A stretch of 64,000 bases of DNA from an uncultured Rivularia sp. (GCA_963665115.1 OY762007.1:1312001-1376000); one strand, 5' to 3'; counted from the first letter of the stretch, positions 10,217-20,387 are shown. The notes: generated by a model from the sequence alone, not told the origin. Numbers and translations are program-made.

Positions 10217-11947
10217 ATGCAAATATCAAAAATAACGGCAATGTTGATGTTGGGAGTAGTTGTTTTTAGTTCCAAGGCTAATGCTACTGATTTATCTGCA
10301 ACGACTAAATTAAGATCGAAATCTGGATTAGAGTTAGCTCAAGCCAATTTAAAAGATGCAGAAAAATACTTTAATAGTGGCAATGAAAAGGGAATGCGAG
10401 GGGATTATCAAGGAGCAATCGCTGATTTTAACAAAGCTATACAAATTAATCCCAACAATGCCAATACCTACCATAATCGGGGTGTTGCTCATGCTTCATT
10501 AGAAGACTATCAAGGAGCAATAGCCGATCATACCAAAGCTATAGAAATCAATCCCAACTATGCTGATGCCTACTACGGCCGGGGTAATGCTCGTATTCAG
10601 TTAAAAGATTATCAAGGAGCCATTGCTGATTTCACTAAAGCTATACAAATTAATCCCAACCATGCCCTAGCCTACAATAATCGGGGTATTGCTCGTCGTC
10701 ATTTAAAAGATTATCAAGGAGCCATCGCCGATTACACTAAAGCTATAGAAATTAATCCCAACCATGCCCTAGCCTACACCAACCGGGGTAATGTTCGTAT
10801 TCAGTTAAAAGATTATCAAAGAGCGATCGCTGATTACACCAAAGCCATAGAAATTAATCCCCAATTAACCCAAGCCTTCTATAACCGGGGTATTGTTCGT
10901 AGTCAGTTAAAAGATTATCAAGGAGGGATTGCTGATTTCAACAAAGCCATAGAAATTAATCCCAACTATGCCGAAGCTTACGCCAACCGGGGTATTGTTC
11001 GTATTCAGTTAAAAGATTATCAAGGAGCCATCGCTGATTTCAACAAAGCTATACAAATTAATCCCAAGTTTGCTTTTGTTTATTACAACCGAGGTGATGC
11101 TCGTATTCAGTTAAAAGATTATCAAGAAGCGATTACCGATAACACTAAAGCTATACAAATTAATCCCAATTTTGCTGAAGCCTACCTCAACCGGGGTGTT
11201 GCTCGTACTGAGTTAAACGATAATCAAGGAGCGATTGCTGATTTCAACAAAGCTATAAAAATTAATCCCAACTATGCCGAAGCCTACTATAACCGGGGTA
11301 TTGTTCGTGGTCAGTTAAAAGATTATCAAGGAGGCATCGCTGATTCTACCAAAGCCATAGAAATTAATCCCAATTATGCCCAAGCCTACCTCAACCGGGG
11401 TATTGTTCGTGGTCAGTTAAAAGATTATCAAGGAGCAATCGCTGATTCTACCAAAGCCATAGAAATTAATCCTAATTATGCCGAAGCCTACCTCAACCGG
11501 GGTGTTGCTCGTGATCAGTTAAAAGATGATCAAGGAGCGATTGCTGATTTCAACAAAGCCATAGAAATTAATCCCAATTATGCCGAAGCCTACTATAACC
11601 GGGGTGTTGCTCGTGGTCAGTTAAAAGATTATCAAGGAGCAATTGCTGATTTCAACAAAGCCATAGAAATTAATCCCAATTATGCCGAAGCCTACCTCAA
11701 CCGGGGTATTGCTCGTAGTCAGTTAAAAGATTATCAAGGAGCGATTGCCGATTTCAACAAAGTTATACAAATTAATCCCAACGATGCCAATGCCTACCTC
11801 AACCGGGGTGTTGCTCGCGGATTTTCAGGAGACAAGCAAGGTACAATTGCAGATTTACAGAAAACTGTTCAACTGTATCAAAAACAAGGTAGACAAGCCG
11901 AAGCGCAAGAAGTACTTGAGTTAATTGCCAAAGTTAGAAGTCTGTAA
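10217..11947 (+). CDS. Secreted TPR repeat protein (14 near-identical 102-bp repeats, a terminal repeat and a cap)
   Basis: Signal peptide …KANA/T; repeat consensus AEAYxNRGxxRxQLKDYQGAIADFNKAIEINPNY. Confidence 0.95.
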   Translation: MQISKITAMLMLGVVVFSSKANATDLSATTKLRSKSGLELAQANLKDAEKYFNSGNEKGMRGDYQGAIADFNKAIQINPNNANTYHNRGVAHASLEDYQGAIADHTKAIEINPNYADAYYGRGNARIQLKDYQGAIADFTKAIQINPNHALAYNNRGIARRHLKDYQGAIADYTKAIEINPNHALAYTNRGNVRIQLKDYQRAIADYTKAIEINPQLTQAFYNRGIVRSQLKDYQGGIADFNKAIEINPNYAEAYANRGIVRIQLKDYQGAIADFNKAIQINPKFAFVYYNRGDARIQLKDYQEAITDNTKAIQINPNFAEAYLNRGVARTELNDNQGAIADFNKAIKINPNYAEAYYNRGIVRGQLKDYQGGIADSTKAIEINPNYAQAYLNRGIVRGQLKDYQGAIADSTKAIEINPNYAEAYLNRGVARDQLKDDQGAIADFNKAIEINPNYAEAYYNRGVARGQLKDYQGAIADFNKAIEINPNYAEAYLNRGIARSQLKDYQGAIADFNKVIQINPNDANAYLNRGVARGFSGDKQGTIADLQKTVQLYQKQGRQAEAQEVLELIAKVRSL

Positions 11948-12026
11948 AATCCTAAGACACAGTTTCTCTAGCGGTTAAAATCCTACAACTCTTGTGGGGT
12001 GGGCATCCCTGTCCGCCCAATTATCC

Positions 12027-13853
12027 TCAAACCGCATCACTCACAACTCTCAACCCAATAAAAACATCCCGCAAACTCGATTCACCTTTATACCGCAACG
12101 CACTACGACAAAACCGAGGTACGTTAAACCAAGAGCCACCGCGCATGACTCGCAAATTATGATCTCCCCCGTCGTGCCAAACTCTACCGTCATTCGGAGC
12201 ATCATAATAATTATCGTGCCAGGAATCGGCGCACCATTCCCACACGTTACCGTGCATATCGTACAATCCAAAGGCGTTAGGAGGAAATTTACCCACGGGA
12301 GTTGTACCTTGACGATATTTTCCTTTGGGTGCTAATCCATAGGTATAGTTACCGTCGTGGTTTACCAAATCCGAAGTGATGGTATCTCCGAAATGAAAAG
12401 GTGTAATTGTGTTACCGCGACAAGCATATTCCCATTCTGCTTCGCTGGGTAAACGGTACTGTCTTCCGGAATATTTGGACAAACGAGCGCAAAATTCCAA
12501 CGCTTCATTCCAAGATATTTGCTCTACCGGACGCGAATCTCCTTTAAAATAAGATGGCTCTGGATTTAACGAACGATTAATTTGAGGAAGTTTGGCTACT
12601 GTTAACCAAATAGCCTGAGTAATTGCAAACTTACTCATAAATAAAGGCTTGATAGTTACAAAATGCTGCGGATGTTCGCTATCATAACCTTGAAATTCCG
12701 GCGAACCCATCATAAATGTGCCGCCGCAAAGGTATACCATATCTAGGTTTGCGCCGTTCTCTAATTCCTCGACAAAATACTCTGCTTGATGGCGATCGCA
12801 GTTGACAACTTTCGCATATTTATCTACGGTAATTGTCTCAAATTGAAAGCCTCGTTGCGAATAAAGGTTATCTTTTTCGGTAAATAAAGAAACAGAATTC
12901 TTATTTAGAATAGGAGCATGAGTGGAATCATATAAAGTATCTTTCACATCCGTAAGTACATCGGCAGCAGATTGATATCTTTCCCGCACAAAATGCTTGA
13001 GTAACTTATTCAGAATTCGCGTCAGCTTATGACTGATAGTAAAGCCATTACTTGCCAAATATTCACGCCACAACCATTTTCCATTAATTGGATCGTAAAT
13101 TGGATCGTAAAGATTTCCAGAATCATCTTGCTTCACCAAACAGCCAGTTAACAACCGCACGCAAGTAGCACCCAAAGCGTATAAATCGCTGGCAGCACAA
13201 GCATAACCCGCCATTTGTTCGGCAGCAGCATAACCTAGAGTATAAATTCCCGTGCCTTTCTGAGCTAAATTATTTTGCGTAACTTGTTTAGCACCACCAA
13301 AGTCAATCAAAACCAACTTACCATCACCAATCCGACGAATAATATTTTCGGGTTTAATATCGCGATGAATTACCTGACGTTGATGGATAAATTCTAAAAC
13401 CGGAAGTAAATCGGTTAAAACTTGCCAAATTTCAGTTTCATTAAAGGGTTGTCTGAGTAACTGTTGATGTAAATTATCCCCATCAATAAATTCCTGTACC
13501 AAATACATACAGGTACCTTGTTCAAAGTAAGCCACCAAGCGGGGAATTTGCGAATGATTTTCCCCCAAATCAAACAAGCGCTTAGCTTCCTGACGAAACA
13601 ATTGCGCTGCTTTAGCACGGGCTGTAGTTCCCTGAGATTCCCTGATAAACTGCTTTACAACGCAAACAGCATCAAGTCTATCCAAATCTTGCGCTTCATA
13701 AGTTCTACCAAAACCACCCGTACCCAATAACCTTTTGACACGGTAACGGTTTCTTAATAAGTCGCCAAAATTATCGGCACCACAACCAACACAAAACCGA
13801 TTACCAATTGAATTAAAAGGATTAGAACAGTTAGGATTCTGGCAGATTTTCAT
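12027..13853 (-). CDS. Ser/Thr protein kinase fused to an FGE-sulfatase (SUMF1/CLec-fold) domain, with N-terminal 4-Cys motif
   Basis: CQNPNC…CVGC; GTGGFG, HRDIKPEN, DFG; RLPSEAEWEYACR, NAFGLYDMHGNVWEWC, RGGSW. ATG at 13853 preferred. Confidence 0.92.
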   Translation of the reverse strand: MKICQNPNCSNPFNSIGNRFCVGCGADNFGDLLRNRYRVKRLLGTGGFGRTYEAQDLDRLDAVCVVKQFIRESQGTTARAKAAQLFRQEAKRLFDLGENHSQIPRLVAYFEQGTCMYLVQEFIDGDNLHQQLLRQPFNETEIWQVLTDLLPVLEFIHQRQVIHRDIKPENIIRRIGDGKLVLIDFGGAKQVTQNNLAQKGTGIYTLGYAAAEQMAGYACAASDLYALGATCVRLLTGCLVKQDDSGNLYDPIYDPINGKWLWREYLASNGFTISHKLTRILNKLLKHFVRERYQSAADVLTDVKDTLYDSTHAPILNKNSVSLFTEKDNLYSQRGFQFETITVDKYAKVVNCDRHQAEYFVEELENGANLDMVYLCGGTFMMGSPEFQGYDSEHPQHFVTIKPLFMSKFAITQAIWLTVAKLPQINRSLNPEPSYFKGDSRPVEQISWNEALEFCARLSKYSGRQYRLPSEAEWEYACRGNTITPFHFGDTITSDLVNHDGNYTYGLAPKGKYRQGTTPVGKFPPNAFGLYDMHGNVWEWCADSWHDNYYDAPNDGRVWHDGGDHNLRVMRGGSWFNVPRFCRSALRYKGESSLRDVFIGLRVVSDAV

Positions 13854-14482
13854 AATTATAAGTCTACAGCTTTCTAACTTACCCAAAGTTAACTTAAGTT
13901 TCAGGATATTAGACAATATTTTTTAATCCCTAAAGTTGCTTTTTAGAGGATATTTTAAAAGTTATAACCCGCGCAGGCAGGTTTTGTTAATGTAGCCAAG
14001 GCAGCGCGTTGCTTTGGAACAAGCTTGTAGCCACTGCCGCGCGAATTATAGTCCCCAGGTACAATTTTTTAATAATTTCCGATCTCACAAATAATGATGG
14101 GTAGATACAAATATTACAAAGAATAAATGTGAGATTTTAACTACCTTTTAGGTATTAGAAAATACACTGAAAACAGCTTCATCTTTTTGTAAATGAATAT
14201 GAGTATTTTCAGCATATCGAAAGGTTACTTCAAGCGGCTATTTTTGTCAAGCGACTACTAACAGCCTAACGTTAGGGTGTGTTGTGGCTTTAGAAATACC
14301 GCACGATTTGATAAGTTTATTTAAAGATTATTAATTGAAAAACATTATTTTACATCCAATCAAAAATGATACAAGATGTTATTTGATAGCTAAACATAAT
14401 CAAAAAACAAAATAAAACTGTTCAATTATAGGATAATAATTAAAATATCAAAATTTCCAGACAATTTGGAGAAAGTTGTGAG

Positions 14483-14534
14483 CCAGTTGCGGTGGACGGG
14501 TTCCCCGGCATAAGCAAACTGGCGAACCCGGAGG
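14483..14534. mobile_element. 52-bp small dispersed element flanked by a GTGAG direct repeat at the Rpn start codon
   Basis: GTGAG at 14478-14482 and 14535-14539; internal stem gccagtt…aactggc; GC-rich in an AT-rich spacer. Confidence 0.65.
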
Positions 14535-15380
14535 GTGAGAAGAGATGCGATTTTTTATACAATTTTTCAACGTTCGCCAGAATTAATTTTTGAATTTATA
14601 GAACCAAGAATTACCAGTGCAACAAATTATCGTTTTGAATCAGTAGAAGTAAAAGAACCAACCTTCAGAATTGACGGCGTATTTTTACCGCCACAAGATG
14701 CTTCATTTCGCGTTGTTATTTTTGCTGAAGTGCAGTTTCAAACAGATGAATTGTTATACCATCGTTTTTTCGCAGAATCTCAACTTTATATGTACCGCAA
14801 CGCTTTATTACAGGATGATTGGTACGGTGTAATTATTTTCCCCAGCCGTAATTTAGAACCAAAAAATACAACAATTCATCAACCACAACTTGAGAGCGAT
14901 AAAGTTAGACGAATTTATTTAGATGAATTAGATAATTCTGCCGAGCAAAGTATAGGCATAAGTTTGATGCAGTTAACCATTGCTTCAGAAAACCAACTCG
15001 TAGAATCAGCCAAACGTTTAATCGAGAGAGTGAAGCTCGAAGAAACCAGCATTCTTCCTCAGAAGAACTTGTTAGATATAATAACGACAATAGCAGTTTA
15101 CAAATTTTCCAACTTGAGTAGGGAAGAAGTGGAAGCGATGTTAGGAATTAAATTGGAAGAAACAAGGGTTTATCGAGAAGCGAAAGAGGAAGGAAGAGAA
15201 GAAGGTATACAACGAGGAAGAGAAGAAGGTAAACAGGAAGGAAGATTAGAAGGTAAACAGGAAGTGAAATTAGAACTTGTACCGGCAATGTTAGCCCGTG
15301 GTATGAGCGTTGCAGAGGTTTCCGAGTTGTTGGGTTTAACTGAGGAACAAGTAAATCAAGCTGCTGGGAATGAGTCTTAA
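14535..15380 (+). CDS. Rpn-family PD-(D/E)XK nuclease / putative transposase (DUF2887-like)
   Basis: FESVEVKEPTFRIDGVF, FAEVQFQ, LEETRVY and C-terminal EGREEG repeats. Confidence 0.85.
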   Translation: MRRDAIFYTIFQRSPELIFEFIEPRITSATNYRFESVEVKEPTFRIDGVFLPPQDASFRVVIFAEVQFQTDELLYHRFFAESQLYMYRNALLQDDWYGVIIFPSRNLEPKNTTIHQPQLESDKVRRIYLDELDNSAEQSIGISLMQLTIASENQLVESAKRLIERVKLEETSILPQKNLLDIITTIAVYKFSNLSREEVEAMLGIKLEETRVYREAKEEGREEGIQRGREEGKQEGRLEGKQEVKLELVPAMLARGMSVAEVSELLGLTEEQVNQAAGNES

Positions 15381-15408
15381 GAATTACCGAATATTTTAGG
15401 TGTTAAAC

Positions 15409-15462
15409 TTAGCCCACGCAGGTGGGCTTTGTTTGTGTAGCCCCAGACTTACAGTCTGAGGG
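15409..15462. repeat. REP-like palindromic repeat (agcccacgcaggtgggctttgtttgtgtagcc…) between convergent genes
   Basis: Hairpin; related copies at about 13967-14060 and inside 20010-20192. Confidence 0.6.
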
Positions 15463-16654
15463 TATTAATTTCAACCAATTCTAATATCCGATGCGCCATT
15501 TCCAATTTAGAACACATCGGAATCTCAACTTCCTTACCTTTCCTATCTATATATATAGCTTTATTCGTATCGCTACCAAATCCACTATTAATTTCATCAA
15601 TCGGATTAGCAACAATTGCGTCTAAATTTTTCCTTTGCAACTTCTCTCTCGCTGGAGTCACAATATCGCCAGTTTGAGCCGCAAAACCAATCAATTTCTG
15701 ATTCTCACGCTTACAACTCGCTAATTCAGCAATAATATCTCCCACATTCTCCAAAGGTAAAGATTCTGGAAGCGCCTTTTTGGGTAACTTTTGCCAACTA
15801 TATTCTCTCGGCTTCACATCCGCAACAGCCGCCGACATGATAATGACATCAGCATCTGGCATACACTGCAACATTTGCAAACGCATTTCCGATGCAGTAT
15901 CTACGGTTATGCCTTTTACGCCTAAAGGAAAATCCCAACTTGCCGCACCGCTTACCAAAGTCACATCCGCACCGCGATGCAAAGCCGCACGCGCTAAAGC
16001 CAATCCCATTTTACCTGTAGCTGGATTGCCGATAAACCTTACCGGATCTAAATATTCTCGCGTACCTCCAGCACTAATTAAAACCTTTTTACCAGAAAAA
16101 TCTCGCTTTCCGTTAGTTTGCAACAACGACTGTACGTGACTAACAATTTCTGGAGCTTCAGCCATTCTTCCCGCACCAACTCTATCGCAGGCTAATAAAC
16201 CTGATGCAGTATCTAAAGTATGAAAACGACTCAAAGTTAAAATTTTCTGCCAATTCTGTTTTACCGTTTCCTGCTCCCACATATCAGTATTCATCGCCGG
16301 GGCAAGCAAAATCGGACAAGTAGAAGCTAAAACGGTATTTAATAAAAGATTGTCAGCCATTCCATAAGCTAACTTAGCCAAAGTATTCGCCGTCAGGGGA
16401 GCAATTAAAAAAATATCCGCCCATTCTGCCAACTCGATATGTAAAGGGCGAGAATTGCTAGAATGCCAAAAATTCTCGTCAGTATAGGCAGACTGACGAG
16501 AAAGAGTAGAAAAAGTTAAAGGGGTGATAAAGTGTTGTGCGGAATTGGTGAGAATTGTCCGTACTTCCACCCCAGATTTAAATAAAGTAGAAACGACTTC
16601 ACAAACCTTATAAGCAGCGATACCGCCACCAACACCAATCAACACCCTTTTCAT
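15449..16654 (-). CDS. coaBC: Bifunctional phosphopantothenoylcysteine decarboxylase / synthetase
   Basis: [48 protein letters not shown]. Confidence 0.95.
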   Translation of the reverse strand: MKRVLIGVGGGIAAYKVCEVVSTLFKSGVEVRTILTNSAQHFITPLTFSTLSRQSAYTDENFWHSSNSRPLHIELAEWADIFLIAPLTANTLAKLAYGMADNLLLNTVLASTCPILLAPAMNTDMWEQETVKQNWQKILTLSRFHTLDTASGLLACDRVGAGRMAEAPEIVSHVQSLLQTNGKRDFSGKKVLISAGGTREYLDPVRFIGNPATGKMGLALARAALHRGADVTLVSGAASWDFPLGVKGITVDTASEMRLQMLQCMPDADVIIMSAAVADVKPREYSWQKLPKKALPESLPLENVGDIIAELASCKRENQKLIGFAAQTGDIVTPAREKLQRKNLDAIVANPIDEINSGFGSDTNKAIYIDRKGKEVEIPMCSKLEMAHRILELVEINTLRL

Positions 16655-16845
16655 TTATCAATTACCAATTATCAATTAACAATCATCAGTCTCTCACAAG
16701 TAAGCTTTTTGTTACCAAAAGCATGACTCAAAAACGTCTACATTGTTTTTCGATCGAATATCCCTACTAGATAAAGGTTGAAAAACGCATTAATTGAGAG
16801 TTTATTGTATCAATTGATAATTGTTCATTGATAATTGATAACCGA

Positions 16846-17058
16846 TTAAGCTTCATCGTAGGCTTCCAAATCCAAAAGGTGGATGTAGGATTCTACTAAT
16901 TCGGGACGTTGAAACGCGATCGCACGCAGTAAATGCCAATCATCTAAACCTTCAAAGGCATTACTGTAGTTGTCTTGTTCCAAGCGTGTCGCCAATTTAT
17001 CCACCTCTTGTTCAGTCATGGTGTCAATATCGGTTTTAGAAATGGTCAAAGTCTTCAT
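16846..17058 (-). CDS. isiD: DUF2555 family small protein (IsiD)
   Basis: RLEQDNYSNAFEGLDDWHLLRAIAFQRPELV; GGAGG RBS before the ATG at 17058. Confidence 0.75.
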   Translation of the reverse strand: MKTLTISKTDIDTMTEQEVDKLATRLEQDNYSNAFEGLDDWHLLRAIAFQRPELVESYIHLLDLEAYDEA

Positions 17059-17212
17059 TTTCAAGCCCCTCCCGTAAGTAGCAACACCATCCAGCATAGG
17101 TTTATTTGCGCTTAACGCATCCACCCAATCTATATTACTCATTCATAGACGCAAATTACGTGAATTTTCTTCCGGAATTTCACCATACTTTGTAAAGCTT
17201 TTGTAACCTTAA

Positions 17213-17848
17213 TTAGGTAAGGTTGCTGAGAACGAAAGTACGTGCGACATCCAGCATTTGAGAACTAATTTGATGTCCTCCATCAAATTCACGATATTCT
17301 AAAGAAACTGCTTGTAATTCTAATGCATCCCGTGCTTTTTGAGCAGCTTGCAAAGGCACAACTTGATCTTGTTTTCCATGCATAATTAACACTGGCGGTA
17401 GAAAATTATTCGCCGGAGCTTCAAGATTTTGGATATCTGAATGTAAATACCCACTCATAGAAATTAAACCTGCAAAGGGCAACTTTAATCCTACATCTAA
17501 AGTCATTGCCCCTCCTTGAGAAAAACCACTTAAAATTGTTTGCTTTAAGGGTATGCCAGTAGTATTTTCTAAAGATTGTAACCAGTTAATTAGCAATTCC
17601 CGGCTTTCGGTTAAACCTTCATACATATTATCCCGACTCAGTTCATACCATGCTCTACCTATGGGTGAATGAGGATGAGGAAAAGGTGCATTAGGTAATA
17701 CAAAATGATATCCTGACAACTGTAAAAAAGGTACTATCGATGCCACATCTTCAGCATTTGCACCCCAACCATGCAAGATAACGATTAATCCTTTTTTAGT
17801 TTCCCCATTATTTGGTGGTACGTCAATAAAATCCAAAGCCTTAGCCAT
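17213..17848 (-). CDS. Alpha/beta hydrolase (phospholipase/carboxylesterase)
   Basis: LHGWG, GFSQG, HGKQDQVVP, GGH. The longer ORF start at 17923 lies inside STRR repeats. Confidence 0.9.
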   Translation of the reverse strand: MAKALDFIDVPPNNGETKKGLIVILHGWGANAEDVASIVPFLQLSGYHFVLPNAPFPHPHSPIGRAWYELSRDNMYEGLTESRELLINWLQSLENTTGIPLKQTILSGFSQGGAMTLDVGLKLPFAGLISMSGYLHSDIQNLEAPANNFLPPVLIMHGKQDQVVPLQAAQKARDALELQAVSLEYREFDGGHQISSQMLDVARTFVLSNLT

Positions 17849-18245
17849 CAGTGAATATGAAGAAATCCGGTTTGCAATAATAATATTACTGTAATTGGGG
17901 ATTGGGCATAGGGGATTGGGCATTGGGCATTGGGAATAGCGAGTAGTGAGTAGCCAACATATTCATATCTTGCGCCAATTTCAGAAACCCGGTTTCTTGT
18001 AGGTTGCACAACTACATCGTAATGTTTTTACCAAAAGAAACCGTGTTTCTTTTGGTTTGTTGAATAATTAATATTGTTTATTATTCCCAATACCCCATTA
18101 CCAATTACCAATTACCCATTCCCAATACCCAATCCCCAATGCCCCATGCCCTATTCCCAAAAAATTACTATTTTTAAGTGCCTGCTTAGTCTTAAAATAT
18201 TCTTTTCCCAACTAATTAATTAAGATTCTAGGAAAGTTATAAATT

Positions 18246-19784
18246 ATGGCGCGTCTAGCCCTGCTGAGTGTATCGAATAAAACAGGTTTAGTTGAACTTG
18301 CTCGAAGTTTGCAAGAGGAGTTTAACTTTGAATTTATCAGCAGTGGAGGCACCGCAAAAGTTTTACAAGCAGCCGGATTGACTGTTACCAAAGTTGCCGA
18401 TTATACGGGTTCGCCAGAAATTTTGGGTGGACGAGTAAAGACTCTACATCCGCGAATTCACGGCGGTATTTTAGCCAGACGAGATAATTCTCAAGATGTA
18501 GCGGATTTAGAAGAGAATCAAATTCGTCCCATAGATTTAGTAGTTGTAAATCTCTACCCTTTTGAAGAAACTATAGCCAAACCTGAAGTTACTTTACCAG
18601 AAGCCGTCGAACAAATTGATATCGGTGGCCCGGCAATGTTAAGAGCATCTGCAAAAAACTTTGCTCATCTTACAGTATTATGCAACCCGGCGCAGTATGA
18701 AGAATATTTACAGGAGTTGCGTCAAAATAAAGGTGAAGCTTCTTTAGAATTTCGCCAAAAGGCTGCTTTAAAAGGATTTTTGCATACTTCTGAATATGAC
18801 CAAGCAATCTCATCTTATTTAAGCAATCAAGTTTCCGAGGATCGAGAAGCTCCCCAACAATTCAGCCTTGCTGGTAAACAGGTACAATCCCTGCGTTACG
18901 GCGAAAACCCCCATCAAAGCGCTGCTTGGTACCAAACGGGTGCTAGCGGATGGGCTGCTGCAACTAAGTTACAAGGAAAGGAACTGAGCTACAACAACTT
19001 AGTCGATTTGGAAGCAGCCAGACGCATCATCACTGAGTTTACCGACAATCCCGCAGCAGTAGTCCTCAAACACACCAATCCCTGCGGCGTTGCTTTAGGG
19101 AATACTTTAGTAGAAGCTTATCAAAAAGCCTTCAATGCCGATTCAATGTCCGCTTTTGGGGGAATTGTCGCTTTAAATCAACCAATCGATGCTGCAACCG
19201 CAACCGAATTAACAAAAACATTTTTAGAATGCGTAGTTGCACCCGGTTGTGAAGATGATGCAAAGGAAATTATCGCTGCTAAATCCAAACTGCGAGTATT
19301 AATACTGCCAGATTTACAAAGCGGGGCTAAAGAAACTATCAAGGTAATTGCAGGTGGATTTCTGATGCAGGCAGCCGATGACTTTTTAGCCGACAGCAAT
19401 AAATGGCAAATAGTCACCGACAAAAAACCCACCCAAAAAGAAATAGAAGAATTATTGTTTGCTTGGAAAGTTTGCAAACACGTCAAATCCAACGCCATTG
19501 TAGTTAGCAAAGAACTTACCACCTTGGGAGTTGGCGCGGGACAAATGAACCGAGTCGGAGCCGTAAAAATCGCCTTAGAGCAAGCTGAAGAGAAAGCGAA
19601 AGGCGGATTTCTGGCTAGCGACGGATTTTTCCCCTTTGATGACTCAGTTAAAACAGCAGCCAGCGCGGGAATTACTGGAATTATTCAACCGGGTGGAAGC
19701 CTGCGCGATAAAGATTCGATCGAGGCAGCCAACGAACTAGGCTTAACAATGGTATTAACCGGCAATAGGCATTTTTTGCACTAA
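18246..19784 (+). CDS. purH: Bifunctional AICAR transformylase / IMP cyclohydrolase
   Basis: GGRVKTLHP, IDIGGP, LRYGENPHQ, KHTNPCG, HVKSNAI, GNRHFLH. Confidence 0.97.
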   Translation: MARLALLSVSNKTGLVELARSLQEEFNFEFISSGGTAKVLQAAGLTVTKVADYTGSPEILGGRVKTLHPRIHGGILARRDNSQDVADLEENQIRPIDLVVVNLYPFEETIAKPEVTLPEAVEQIDIGGPAMLRASAKNFAHLTVLCNPAQYEEYLQELRQNKGEASLEFRQKAALKGFLHTSEYDQAISSYLSNQVSEDREAPQQFSLAGKQVQSLRYGENPHQSAAWYQTGASGWAAATKLQGKELSYNNLVDLEAARRIITEFTDNPAAVVLKHTNPCGVALGNTLVEAYQKAFNADSMSAFGGIVALNQPIDAATATELTKTFLECVVAPGCEDDAKEIIAAKSKLRVLILPDLQSGAKETIKVIAGGFLMQAADDFLADSNKWQIVTDKKPTQKEIEELLFAWKVCKHVKSNAIVVSKELTTLGVGAGQMNRVGAVKIALEQAEEKAKGGFLASDGFFPFDDSVKTAASAGITGIIQPGGSLRDKDSIEAANELGLTMVLTGNRHFLH

Positions 19785-19851
19785 AATTATACCACAAAAA
19801 TTACTGAAATTTACAAAATGTAGTCTAAAATGCTTTTCATTTCATAAAACT

Positions 19852-19862
19852 AGTGCTAACCT
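19852..19862 (+). promoter_or_regulatory. Extended -10 element (TGcTAACCT) of the first Yfr2 copy
   Basis: tagtgctaaccta is conserved at the same distance before both sRNA copies (second at 20370-20382). Confidence 0.6.
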
Positions 19863-19868
19863 ATATTT

Positions 19869-19941
19869 GTGTGTGTGAGGAGCAAAGTGAAAAGCGCTTG
19901 GGGTGGAAACACGGCAACACTCCCGAGTGCTTTTTGCTTTT
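19869..19941 (+). ncRNA. yfr2: Yfr2-family small RNA, copy 1
   Basis: 5' GTGTGAGGAG motif; long hairpin aaaagcgcttgggg…tcccgagtgctttt whose loop region reads GGAAACACGGCAAC; U-tail. Confidence 0.8.
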
Positions 19942-20009
19942 TAATTATTTAGTGGTTAGTTGAAAGAATTTTATTATTAGCATTGTAATAACCGCATACA
20001 AATTAGAAA

Positions 20010-20192
20010 GGGAGCATCCCAATTTCGCAAAAAGCCTACAGGCTAGAAGCCTGGGGCTAATACTACGAAGCCCACCTTCGTGGGCTAATAACTCTCGTCT
20101 CGTATCGTAGCCCAAGAAGTTGGGCTTTGTTTTTGTAGCCGCACCCTTACAGGGTGTCGGATAAAGTATTTATTCAAAATTGGGATGCTCCC
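20010..20192. mobile_element. MITE with 16-bp perfect TIRs (GGGAGCATCCCAATTT) and 8-bp target duplication ATTAGAAA
   Basis: TIRs at 20010-20025 and 20177-20192; ATTAGAAA at 20002-20009 and 20193-20200; carries REP-like hairpins. Confidence 0.88.
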
Positions 20193-20387
20193 ATTAGAAA
20201 TGATGAGAATTCAAGATATTGATCAACCTGGTTTTTCCAGAAAACCAGGTTTTTTAATTTGCATAAATAATTCCAAAATCTCTACTCTACCTGAAAAATT
20301 TCCGCTTTTAACTGGTCAACACGTTCAATTTACAAACTGTCACGTAAAATACTTGTGCATTATTAAAAGTAGTGCTAACCTATGGTT

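Noticed and set aside
10360..11790. 102-bp periodic DNA repeats as a non-coding array
   Set aside because: Fully explained by TPR coding repeats in one open frame.
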